Made by a program: the position numbers and the translations under genes. DNA of 64,000 bases from Lama glama (lineage: Eukaryota), in NCBI GenBank assembly GCA_028534125.1, contig CM052832.1, forward strand, positions 24,368,001-24,432,000, read 5' to 3'. Positions within the stretch are counted from its first letter, which is position 1. Each line of letters starts with the position of its first letter. Below, one piece after another: positions 1 through 12,057 of this stretch. The notes beneath the pieces were generated by a model, which did no database searches, was not told the origin of the DNA, and was given only the letters and a program-made list of their open reading frames with translations.

Positions 1-835
1 ATTAAAAAAAAAGAGTCCTTTCATGAATTCCATGTCTCACGTTCATGGTAATACTTGTTCTTCTTTCTGGCTTTCTTCTTAATTCTTAAGAATTAAATGG
101 CCAACGGGCTTCTTGACGTGTAGTAGTGAATCACAGTCATCAATGTTACTGGTTTCACTTTAAGTTTTAAGCTGCTGGATCGCAGGACAGTCATCGGTTT
201 TCCGTGTCTCCTAGGACCCTATTGCCTTTCACACTCTCTTGGGTGACACCCCACCCTTACCCTGGAATGCCCTGGGGCCCTCTTCCCTTGAGAGATCTGA
301 TGAATGTTCTACACGTTGTGATATTTGTATCTTAATTTGTTAGTCCTCCCAGAAGAACAAAAAAGAAGCTGAAAAGTACAGTGGATGAGGATTTGGTGGA
401 TTAGGGAATGACAAAAAAGAAAGAGGGGGTAGAATGAAGATTTCCGAGGGCCAAGGAGCCTTGCCCAAGGCTGCCTGCAGCTCTGCCCCTGCCCCTCCTT
501 ACAGGCCAGTTTAGGGCTGCCCTCACCAGAAAGCTGGGGTACAGAGCCTGGAGGCAGGACAGCATCCCCTCCTTACTTACTTAAGTCCCACACATCCTGT
601 TAGAGTTTTATGATCTCTACTGGATGTGGGAGACCAAAGGTAAAATACTCCAAAACATGGATTACCAAGGGGGGAAAAAAAGAGACATAAGGGGCTTTGG
701 AAAGTGCTTGGCGCTTATTTGGTTCCATGTTTTAAGTTTTTCAAATAGCAACCAGATTAACTATTTTTTTAGACGAATGACTTTTAAAGTTAGTCTACAC
801 GCCACTACATTCAGATCTCAAGATGGGAAGCCACA

Positions 836-866
<31 letters not shown>

Positions 867-3789
867 CAAAAGTAAATTGATGAATAGGCATTGAAGTTAA
901 AGACGCTTACAGTTAGAACAGAATGAGGTAAAACCTGCTGGAAAGCACACTCTAGCATTCTTCATCTAATCTTTCCACTTCACTCTGGGGATGTAATACT
1001 TGCATGAAGGGAGGAACGGTTTGAATCGTTGAGACATTATTGTGTGACCCTCCAATGTGTTCTTCCCATGGTCTCAGTGGTTCCCAAGCTTCTGTGTACA
1101 TGAAAGTTGCTGTGAAGAGTTATATACACAAAATCGTGTTTGCAGTGTGTTCTGGGAAAGTTAAGAGATTTTCAAAGTGAGTTTGAATTATGTATGACCT
1201 TTGCTTAACGTTTGAACTTAACCTCCCACACAAAACCTGACTCTACTATTTTTTTCCTCCCTCTCTTCTTTCCTACCCCCTTACCTTACTTTTTTCTTCC
1301 TTTCTTTTCTCTTTCCCCTCCCTTTTTGGTGAATTAAATTCCACAGATTTTTGTGTGTGTGTGAAATGAAAATAGTGGTGTCTGTTTATATTCAAATCAG
1401 AAAATTACTGGCATACTGAATATTCAGATCTCTTAGAGAAAATAAATAATAAAAATATTCTGTTAAATTCTACCTGAATTCCCCACCCTGCATTCCTATT
1501 CAACTTTCTGTCTTCGGTTTCTCATTTTTAGCTGGAAAAGTGTACCAGCCAAAAGACAGCCAGGTTCTCCGTGCAGCAAAGCATATAAACCATCTGTAGA
1601 TTAAAAAAATAACATTTTGGCTTAAAAGCCACCGTCTGATATAAGACAGAGTGAAAATGGTAATGACTGACATAGTAGAGTAAATGGCATTGTTATTTGG
1701 AATTTGAAAATTAGATTTTCCTATAAATATCTCAAACCCTTCCATAGTTGGTTAAGACTTCTGTGATACAGACATGTGCATTTTCTCAAAAATCAAAAGA
1801 AATTTAACTAGTACCCAAGAAGTGGGATTAGGGAGTAAGAATATCCGTGAAAATCCTGAAAGTAATTTAAACATTGGCATTGCACATATTTCATTTTTAT
1901 CTCTTGTCATAGAAGAGTAACTTCAGCTGCATTTTTGCCATGTGACACCAACCCCGTAAAATTATTTCTATCATTTCTGACTGGGGGAATTAAAGTCATT
2001 CAGTCCAGTAAAGAAGCCTTTGTTTTTGCCATTGTTAAAATGAAGTGGCACAAATGAAAGCTACATCTAAAGTTATGGCCAGAATCTTTTTGGGGAAAAA
2101 AAAAAACACAACATTTTGGCTCGAGCAGAAGGTCTTAGGCAAACAGCCATGGATGAAAGTTGCAAGGGAAAAAAAAATTCTCATCTCAGTTTCATCATAC
2201 ACCAAACACTTTCAGACAACCGTTTAATTTTTTAAAATTTCACAGACAATTTGAAGTGCGCGGTATACAGAAAATAGGGTGTGATGGTTGGCTAAGACAA
2301 TGAATTAAGAGCAATAATAGAAAATTGTAGACAATTGTATCTGAATTTCATCAATTGCCTTTTGCTTACATTCACGGCTATCTAGTGAAAAACAAATGTA
2401 GGAGAACAGTTAGCTGCTTAAAAAGGAATTAGCTGCTTGAAAGGACAAATGTTCATGTTGAATTTACTTGGAAGAGTAACCTTCAAAACAACGACTTTGA
2501 AAACACGTCAACCTTTACTGGTCTGAATGAAGCCGGCAACAAGTAGAATGGGTAAAATAAACAGGATTCAGAGAAAAATCCTGGGATACAGCGGTTTTAA
2601 GAGATTTCTACTATGATTTATTTGACCACCCTAATACTGTTTAGACATTTATAACAAAATGCTTCAAAAATATGTTTGTGGTATAGCATTTCTTACAATA
2701 AAATCTTTTTACACATGTTAGGATAGATTTGCTTAGAAGCTGTACTGCCCCAACTAGGGATAAACACATTTTGTGGCTTTTGCCTTTATACACTGCAAAA
2801 TCATCTCCAGGTAGTAGATAACAGTTTCCCCCCCAATTTTATGTTTTTCCCATACCTAGCCCTTAGTGAAAAAACTACCAGAAACCACTCCAGACCTAAT
2901 AATGAGAGTACAGAGGGAAAAAATAAGCCAAGAGCTGAAAATTCATTTCATCTCAAGTATTATAATCAAACAGAGTAGCATATATGAGTTTTAAAAACAG
3001 GCATTATGGGCCAAGCATTATGTGACTCCCTGTCCCCTTACCTAGGTGGGATTTTTCAAGCAGCACTCATTCTGGGGAGGGAGATTTAAAAATAGAAGAT
3101 TTCTTACCCTCGGTCGGCACATAATTAATACCTGTGTTCCAACTTGGAACCCTTCACCTGCCAAGTTCATGGCTTGTCATCTCCCAGGACTCATCCACAT
3201 TCCCCCGGTTCATGGCTTATTGTTTGTTTACAGAGTTTGTCTCCCGGACTAAGGTTGGAAAGCTTTTTTAAGGACAAGGGCAAACCCTTGTTCCTTTTTA
3301 CACTTCCTGTGGTGCTGCACTCCCTGGGGCTACTCAGACATTATTCATTGATTAAAAAAAAATTGTTTGCTTGTAAGTGAAAATAAAATAAAAGAGCTCA
3401 ATGAGATAAAAGCTCAGCTCTGAAATGTTAAACAAAAAAGTGTAGAGGGTGCAGCAGACACACGAGAAAGTGAACACAGTATGCCAGATCTTGTGGTGGA
3501 GTAGGAGAAAATCAATTATTGATGCTGGTGTGAAAGTTTTCTTTGTCAGCTGAACGTTCCAGTGTAGAGGCCAATGTTGTAGTTAAAATCTGTTCCGGAG
3601 ATATTTCCAACCAAAAAGCAATCATGCTGAAATGCTTTGGTCCCCATGAGCCATCCACAAAAGAAAATATAATTTGTGAGTTGGGAATTAGGGTAGGAAA
3701 TCCAAGTTGATATTCTTTTTTTAATAGGAAAAAAAAAATCCATTGTGGCACTTGTACTGCCGCCTTCTTTTCTCCTCCTCTGTTTGTTA

Positions 3790-3890
3790 TCACACTGCGC
3801 GTGGAGGGTGCAGGGGCTGTGTTTTATTCATACGTGTCCTTGGGGCCTTGCAGTAAGTAGGCACTCAGCAAATGCTGAATGAAGAAATAA
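3790..3890 (+). mobile_element. L2 LINE 3' end remnant
   Basis: cagtaagtaggcactcagcaaatgctgaatgaa resembles the L2 3' terminus (taggtgctcaataaatatttgttgaatgaa). Confidence 0.6.
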
Positions 3891-5699
3891 GATGCTTCAG
3901 TTTCCCTAACAGCTAACAAGATATATAAAACCAGTGCTAAGACCTACAAGAGTTGGTTTCATATTGCTGGTAATTGTGGGTTTAGAAATAAGGAGCTACT
4001 TTATACATTATTTTTATAAAAGTGTGTTGTATACCTGAATCGCTTTCAAAGTAAAAAAATTACAGTTATGGGATATTCCGTCTGGCAGGGACTAAAAACC
4101 TGTAGCTCAGTCCATTTAAGGCCATGTCCCTGTCCTTCTCCACCAGCCACAGGAAAATGGTGAGTGCCTGTTAGTAAATCGTCTCTTGGAAATCTTAGCT
4201 TGTATCTGTTTTCACCAGGTTGCAAACTCACCCACACTTCCTACGTTACTACTCCAGACAGGGTCACTGACAGCTTGATGAGGGAGCCAGGTTGGAGATT
4301 CGGGCTCTGTGCTGTCTTGATGTTTTCATTTATCAAGCGACACTTTGGAATTTGGTATTTTTGCATCTTGGAGGCAATGTATGACCATGTCTAAGTTTCT
4401 TTTCTCCCCACCCTAACCTGTCATCTTCCCTGGCGGTCCCTGCACCCAAATGATGAGATTCGTCTTCACTTCCCCCTGAAAACTCTTTCCTTGTCCCTCT
4501 GTTCTTCACGTATCTTGAATGTTTGAGTTTCAAATCTTCAAAACAAATAGAAAATGTGTGACACCTTCCCAAAAGGTAAAAGAGGAAATATGAGGCTGTG
4601 GCTACCTGTGTTGACTGCCAAAAAGGCCAGTTTCATTATATACAAGGAGTATGGGATTTGGTTCAGGACTTGGCCCTAAGATCTTAGGAGTAACATCATA
4701 TTATTTGCAGACTTTGTAAGAATATTGTGCACTTGGAGAAAGACCCCTGAGAGGAAAAACGTAAAATCCTGAAGTCTTAGAATTAATTAATATGGCGATA
4801 GTACGGAGGATTCGTGTGCAAAGGTCACAGTTAAGTTGATCTGTTAAAAAGCCATTGTTTACTTATAGTTACCAAGGATCTATATGCTGGCATTCCTGGA
4901 AGAACATGCTGTAAAGTCGCCAGTCGCTGCAATTCAGACAGCCACCTCCATCTAGGATAGACTGATGGCGAGCCTATGAACTTAATATCCAATCTTAGAA
5001 GCTGTAGTTTTTAAAGAGCTGTGTGTCCCATTTACTGTTTTGCTATTTTGTAATCGAAATGGAAAGTCTGAGCAGAATTAAGAAGTGCATAAAACATCTT
5101 TTAACATCTTTGCTTAAGTCATTTTCTTAGAGAGAACTTGAGGAAATTCTGTTTCTCCAGTCGGCTGATTTCTTCTTCCAGGACAGTGACTGTTTCCTGG
5201 GATGTGATTCCCAAACATCTGCTCTGTCATCAGAGTCAGGCTTTCAGTCAATCATCTGCATGCTTGATTTATGCAGTGTTAAACCTTGTGATTGAAAGGA
5301 TTTTTATTGATGATGTTGAGGTAACAAATTGCAGAGAGCATCAGAGTGTTCTTTGTAACAGGCGAATAGTGAGCTTTGGCCTTTATAATGACGGGATGGA
5401 TCGTGAGTGTGTTGGCAGGCGTGGGTTGTGGGTCATTGTGGGACGGCCATGTTTCCGTGGCCTGTGGCTGGGAGTGAGTGCAGTGGGGCCATTTAAAAAG
5501 GCCTGTGGTTGAGTTTTGACTTAGAGCTGTTTTAAAATGCCAAGCAGGCTGAGTTCATGGGGAACTTGATTTGAATGGGACCAGCTGTAATGTAAGTGAA
5601 ATACACACACAGGTTGGCGGCTTGTCTCCTCCGCGGGAGGAACTGATGGGGAGCTGGAGAGAGCGCAGAGCTCCAGGTAAACTGACACGTGCCTTGGAC

Positions 5700-5932
5700 C
5701 AGTGGCTCTCATCCTGGGCCCATTTTGAGCCCCTAGATAGGACACTTGGCAGGGTCTGGAGGTGTTTTTGATGATCGTAACTGGGAGAAAGGGTAGTTCT
5801 GCTGGCTTCTAGTGGGCAGAGGCCACAAATGCTGCTGAGTACCCTACAAACCCTACAACGCACAGAGCAGTGCCCACAACTAAAGGATTATCTGGGCCCA
5901 AATGTCAATAGTACTGGAGTGGAGAAACCCTG
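5700..5932. mobile_element. MER20 (hAT-Charlie non-autonomous DNA transposon)
   Basis: Ends cagtggctctc...gagaaaccctg; internal ggattatctgggcccaaatgtcaatagt typical of MER20; degenerate 8-bp TSD ccttggac (5692-5699) / acttagac (5933-5940). Confidence 0.85.
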
Positions 5933-6025
5933 ACTTAGACCCTCTCCTTTTTTGTAGTTTCCAAGGTGGTAAACCAGTCTGTCTTGGTGGAAAGTGAGCA
6001 GATAAGCTAGAGATCTGAGTGCGAA

Positions 6026-6226
6026 TAAAGATCAGGGAGGAAATAAATAAAATAGAGATTAAAAAAACAATAGAAAAAAATCAGTCAAACCAAAAGCTGA
6101 TTTTTTGAAAGAGTAAATAAAATCGACAAACCTCTGGCCAAACTCACAAAGAAGAAAAAAGAGAGAGCACAAATAAGCAAAATAAGAAAGAAAAATGGAG
6201 AAATTACAACAAATAACATAGAAATA
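6026..6226 (+). mobile_element. Internal LINE-1 ORF2 fragment without 3'UTR or poly(A)
   Basis: Translates, with one extra A and one stop, to IKIREEINKIEIKKTIEK/ISQTKS*FFERVNKIDKPLAKLTKKKKERAQISKIRKKNGEITTNNIEI, matching the L1 ORF2 region between endonuclease and RT; flanked by ctgagtg(c/t)gaa direct repeats. Confidence 0.9.
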
Positions 6227-6433
6227 CTGAGTGTGAAGAGCAGGATAAGGAGAGAGATGGATAAAAGAAGTGGCAGTGTTGTTGGGAACTGTCTGGGCCA
6301 TATCTCATTTGTACCCAAAGGCACATTTGGGATTCTGTCTTTATGTGCTTGGGGAGGCTGAAAAGGATGTGGGCCCCTGGGCCGCCGTCTTTGTGTTATA
6401 GGAACCTGTTTATTTTCTTTTCTTCAAAGAACC

Positions 6434-6919
6434 TGTATTAGTTTCTCAGGCTTCTGTAACAAATGGGCCACAAACTTGGTGGCTTGAAACAACACACACT
6501 TATTATCTCCCAGTTCTGTAGCTCAGACATCAACACAGGTCTCACTAGGCTGAAACCAAGGTATCAGCAGGGAGAATCCACATCAGTGCTTTTTCCAGTT
6601 TCTAGAGGCCGCTTTGTGTTCCTTGGCTTGTGGTCACCTTTCCTCCATCTTCAAAACCAGCAACACTGCATCTCCCTGTACCTTTTCCCCTGTAGTCACA
6701 TCTCCCTTGACTTTCCTCTTCTGCCAGCCTCTTCCACTCTTAAGGACCCTTTGGTTACATTGGGCCCCCTTGTCTAATCTAGGATACCGTCCTCATCTCA
6801 GGGTTCTTAGTTGACTCACATCTGTGAAATCCCTCTTTCCGTGGAAGGTAACATTGACTAGTTGTGGGGATTCAGATGGGGACATCTTTGGGGGTGGGGG
6901 GCATTACTCTGCCTACGTA
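6434..6919 (-). mobile_element. MLT1 (ERVL-MaLR) solo LTR
   Basis: Starts tgtattagtttctcaggcttctgtaacaaat...caaacttggtggcttgaaacaaca, ends ggcattactctgcctacgta; perfect 5-bp TSD gaacc at 6429-6433 and 6920-6924. Confidence 0.9.
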
Positions 6920-7224
6920 GAACCCAGAGCATTTCTCCCAGTGCTACATTTCACTGACTCGAGCTAGACGTAGAAAACGGTTTACAAAAATGGTTTGAAA
7001 CAATCCTCTTTTCAGTAGTATTATTTCAGTGTTTTTAAAAGCAGTTTTTCTTTCAGTTAGAGTAATGTGACTAATGTTTGGATGATGTTGAAAGTCATTG
7101 TTTAAATTGGTAAAGACATGCCAATGGAAGAGAAACCAAGAGGGAAACAGGTAGTGGAGGAAACTCCAGACAAAGAATTTGAAAACTTGAATGTGCAATG
7201 AATACTCACTTTGGGGGAAAAGGG

Positions 7225-7370
7225 AAGGCTTGCTGAAAATTCAGATTCCTGAGCCCTAAGAGCCTGGCTAAGTGGACTAGGGGTGGGGCCCTGGGGTTTT
7301 ATTTTTAATGATTACTCTCCTGTGATACAGTTAACGTAAAAGGTTATTGGGTCACAGTTTGAGAAACAAA
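7225..7370. mobile_element. MER5-type hAT-Charlie remnant
   Basis: gcttgctgaaaattcagattcctgagcc...gggtggggccctgggg...tttgagaaac resembles MER5A/B. Confidence 0.5.
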
Positions 7371-7659
7371 GTGTGAATAATGATTTTAAAACAAATACAC
7401 ATTTTAATAATTGAGTGTAAAATGAAACCATTGCATAATACTGATGTTAGAGAACAGAATAAATAAGTATATTGAGTGTATTAAGTTCTTGACATTCTTG
7501 TCATTTCAGTGACATTTGGGGGACTGTGATTTGCTTTTGGAATACTAGAATCCTTATTATATCAAGCCATATTTATATTCAAAGTATATAGTGATTTTGA
7601 CCCTTGGTTGTTCTTGTTTAGACTGTCATCTTCTCTGCGTGATGAATTGTCGTGTTGGG

Positions 7660-7835
7660 ATAAACACAATTTTGGCTTACTGATGTTCAGCAAGAACTAA
7701 TGACTCTTGGGAGTGTCAGTGACTTTCTGAGTCCTTCGTAAATCAGATATAACCAAACTGTCATAGGCTTGTTTGGAAGCGTAGAGATAACATTTATGAA
7801 TTTCTTCATACATAATAGTCGCTCAATAAACATTC
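7660..7835 (+). mobile_element. MIR SINE, degraded
   Basis: Core-like tgactcttgggagtgtcagtgactttctgagtcc and 3' end gctcaataaacatt. Confidence 0.5.
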
Positions 7836-8964
7836 ACCCTAGAAACAAAATGATTAGTTTGTGCTTTTCCTGGGACTTTCATTGTAGGAACAGAGACTTA
7901 AAGAGTTCAGAATTCCTATCCATCTAGTCTTTAAGGACCACCTCTGCTATGGCATCTTTCCTGATACCCGCTCCTGCGCAAAATGGTTTTCATTTTCTGA
8001 AGTTCCAAAGCTCTTCTCTTATTCTCTTACTTTATTGCAAAGAGGTTGTGCCCTTTGTATACATGCTCTCTCCCCAGATGGAGGATGAATGTCCCGCGGG
8101 CACGATCCATTAGATCACATACTTTGTACCACAGCCAAGCACCTGGCAGAATTTCTTTTTAAAGCACATATTCCATAAGTATGTTGATGAACTGACTACC
8201 GTTTAGACAATTATGGCCTCATCTTACAATTTTTCAGATACTGTTTCTCACTAGTTTAGAAATGGAAAACTTTCACAATGACTTTTTAAGAATCAAATTT
8301 GAGAATAGCTGTTTACTAAGCTTTTTTATGTTAATGAGTCACAGTATCAGAAACTCGCTAGAGTAAGTCTACTTTAATGAGGAGGGTTTGTTATGTAGAT
8401 GACATGTTCCACATGTCACATCCCAATGAACTATAACATTGAGTTGTTGGCATGCGGCTGTGGCGAGCGGAAGCAGTTATTATACATCACTTGGTAAAAT
8501 TCATATTCATATCTTGTCAGTTTACAGTGAGCCAGAGATTAAAAATAACATTTGTTTCTGTTTTAGTAACTGCTTTAAAAAAATATCGCAAATCATTTTA
8601 TTTTCTTTAGCTTGACTTCTAGTAGTGTTTTTAATGTGTAGCCTTTTAAGAAGTAATGAAATGCATCAATGCAACTTGGCAATGCATAACAGGATATGCT
8701 TCTAGGATTATTTTTAATGATTAAAAGTCAAGTTGAGTTTTTTTTTTTTAAGACCCAAAATACAGTTGAGCCAAGTAAACCCAGAAAGAAATCTGTGACT
8801 GAAATGTTGGTTCTTGGCCCTTTGTGTATTCTCCATGTCTATTTCCTCTAGATCGCTTCTTTCTTGCCCTGTCACAACAAAAGGGGAAGGGCGGTGGGGA
8901 CCTCAGACTGTGTTCTATTGCTGTATTTATCGCATTCCCCTTTCTCTTCAGTGACAGGTGGTTT

Positions 8965-9137
8965 TGGTTTTTTTTTTTTTTTCTTTAGTTTTTTTATTGA
9001 AGTGTAGTTGATTTACAGTGTTACTTTCAGGTATATGGCAAAGTGATTCAGTTATACATATACATACATTTTTTTTTTCTTTTCAGATTCCTTTTCATTA
9101 TATGTTATGACAAGAAATTGAATATAGTTCCCTGTGT
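8965..9137 (-). mobile_element. 5'-truncated young L1 3' end
   Basis: Poly-T then ttattgaagtgtagttgatttacagtgtt...aatatagttccctgtg, the reverse complement of an artiodactyl L1 3'UTR. Confidence 0.85.
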
Positions 9138-10265
9138 TTGAAGAGTGTAGTGTAGTTGCCCTTCGTTTTTGGTTTGGGGAGGACAGTCGTAAGGCCTGCA
9201 TTTTCCAGAAGCAGCTTTGGTGACCATCTGGAAAGTTGACTAGAGGACCACGAGAGCGATGGGGAATCTGGGTGGGAGGGCAGGAGAGGTGGATGTGAGC
9301 AGAGGCAGAGATGCTGGAGGGACAGAAAGGGAAGGATTCAAGTAGTATAACCAGGGAGTAGAATGGTTAGAATTTGGTGCAGTTCCCTTGAGGAGTCAGG
9401 GGAAAGCAGAGGTGTGGATTCTGGTGCTTCCAGTTTGGGCAACTCAGTGATGTCGGGGTACCAAGATTTAGACTTTGTGGATCCATAAAAGTGATGGGAC
9501 CCAGAGTCCCTCCTGTCACCCAATATTGCTTCCCTGCTTTCCATGATGACCCTTCAGCTCACCCCTTCTTCATTGCGGACCATAGCTAATGGCTCCTTCA
9601 GCCTGTCTTGGGGCGTCTGGGGTGTCGGGTGCTCAGGAGTGAGAACAGGGGTATATGGGCACTGCTGATGTAAATGTGGAGGCAAAAGAACTGTTAGTCT
9701 AGAGCTGTCCCGGTATTTAACGTGAAAGGCAGTCTAATTTTACCAACCTAGATTACTCACTTCAGATTTTAAGAGCAGTGGGAGAAGTTTGGTGTTCACC
9801 AGTACAAGCATCAGTCCTTTGCTAAGGCATGCCTGATTCAGAGAACTTGCATTTGTGCTATAGCCCACTGAGGGGGTTCTACCAGGAGAGAAGAAGAGAA
9901 CAGTGCTTCATAAACTATAATTACTTAAATGTCACCATAAGTAAATATTTTAAATATACGAAAATGGCAACATCAGGAAATATGACTAAGAAGTCAGTAT
10001 GTGACACACCCTTTTGCCCCCACCTTTGTGGTTGTTCAAAAATTTCCACCGAGAATGATATATGCAAAGAAGGTTAAAGTCAGGCTGTTTGGTTGCAGAG
10101 GAAGGCCAAAATTTTCATGGCCTTTCATTTTCAAAATTAAAATCCAGTGATGGAGCTTACAAATGGGAATCCAATATTTAAGTTAGGTAGTCTGTCATCG
10201 TAATTAGATGTGAGCTGTCACAGTGGCTTTCCTTTCTTAACTTCTGTACAGAAGTTTGGCATGGT

Positions 10266-10266
10266 A

Positions 10267-10297
<31 letters not shown>

Positions 10298-10300
10298 CAA
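10266..10300. repeat. (AAAAC)n microsatellite
   Basis: About six tandem AAAAC units. Confidence 0.9.
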
Positions 10301-11849
10301 GTCTGCTCCTAACCATGTAGCCTGCAAATACACAAAGCTTGAATTTACTTGGTTTGTCAGAGAGAGAGGGGAGTTTTGGAGAAGAATGAAACGCCTCATG
10401 AGTTTCACATAGTGTTGAAGGAGTGTTGTTACTACTTGATACTAGATTTTATCATTTTATACCAAGTATGCAGCACAGTTTTAAAAAGTTAATTATCATG
10501 CCAAGAGAATGAGCTGGATTCTTCTGTATCCTGTAGCCTCAGTCCATGACAGTTTGTGGCATTCATACCGAAAACAAGAGATGTACAGACATGGGACTGC
10601 AGGTAGTGGACGTCGTTAACAATGGCTGAACATTTAGAAGGCACAGGACTTGATGGATGGCTTTCTGGGTTGTACCCCAAATCCACCTTTTTTTTTTTTT
10701 TTTTGCCAAAAGTTAGTATATACTATCCTACTTTCTTCTAAAATCAATCCACGTTAGGATGGAGTTAAGTTTCTCTGCTCTGAGAGTGTCACAGATAAAC
10801 GGGCTCAGTGAATATCACTGGTTGTACCATAGACTGTTACTCTCTTTCAAAATATCTAAAACTTCTGACTGAATCACACTGCTAATTTTGTGTAATCCTG
10901 GGAGTGAAGAGAAAGATGTTCAAAAATAAAATTGACATAAAAATACATTCCTGTGTGCTTCCATGTTTACCCAGTTGGAGAAAAATAGAAGCTAAAACGA
11001 GATTTTGTGTTCAGCACTGTGGGAAGGGTTGTGAGAGGTTCTCCAGAAGGTCTTGAGCTCACTCGCCATCTACTAATAGTTATCAGGGACGCGACTCACA
11101 CAGATGAAGTGACATCACTTGCTGTCAGGTCGTGCACAAGGAGTCCCACATGGATTGGGGCGGCGGGGTCCCTGCCAAAGGCACTTGGAGGGAGAGGAGA
11201 GCTTGACTAGTTCTTGAAGGAGTGATGTCTTGAGCTGGACATTGGAAAATGATTCATTCTAATCTAGAAAGGTGTTCAGTATGTTTTTAATGACTCTTGG
11301 TTAGCAGAAGAAAAGCCATCGATGTAAGAGAAATAGTAGACCTAGGGGTCTAGTGACTCAGAGGAGCTAAGGGTTTAGAGGGCACTTGGAAAGGAGCATA
11401 CTACCCCCTTGCCTTACTGTGGTGCCTTAGCGATGGCAGGCATTTCATTGCCCTTGTTTAATAAATGTACTTCCAGAGGGATAAAGAGAGAATCAGAGCT
11501 GAGGGCACCTTGGGTTTTGTCTACAGAGCACCATTACCAGTGCTCCATCCTTGTGATCTTTTGAGCATCAAAAGACTGGACTTCACAGCATCCTGTGTAT
11601 GTGGCTTTTGAGTGAGACCTCCTTTTCCACGGGAGAGCCATTCTTCTTTGGGAGGCAAAAGCATCTTTCTTTCTGCTCGGTACATTTATTGGGGTGGGCT
11701 CTGCACCAGTTCACTGAGCACCAACTCACTTTGCAACAAGAAAGTTTTGAGGGGATTTCATGATTCGGGGGAATAACCACCAGAGGAAGAATCTGGACTA
11801 CTGAAGTCCAGTCAACGGTTAATTGGACAGGAGGCAGCACGGGGAGGAG

Positions 11850-12057
11850 GTGAACCTTTGGTGTCCGACGGCTAGAACTTAGCGTCCTGAATCTGTCCCT
11901 TAGTCCCTTAGCCCCTGGAGTACGCTGCTTAGCCCTGTCTACCTCCATTTCTTCTTTTATTAAACAAAGGAAAGTGTCTGCCATCTAGGATGGTTGTAAG
12001 GCTTAAAGAGATAGTGTCATTTGAAGGCTTCACACAAAATATTAACTATTATTATTA
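11850..12057 (+). mobile_element. MIR SINE, degraded
   Basis: ggatggttgtaaggcttaaagagatagtg and terminal aatattaactattattatt resemble the MIR 3' half. Confidence 0.55.

Noticed and set aside
79..96. Perfect 18-bp palindrome ttaattcttaagaattaa
   Set aside because: One AT-rich palindrome of this length in 64 kb is plausible by chance; no supporting context
8400..8420. Two CATG cores resembling a p53 response element
   Set aside because: Cores are 9 bp apart rather than the canonical 10 and the purine flanks are poor
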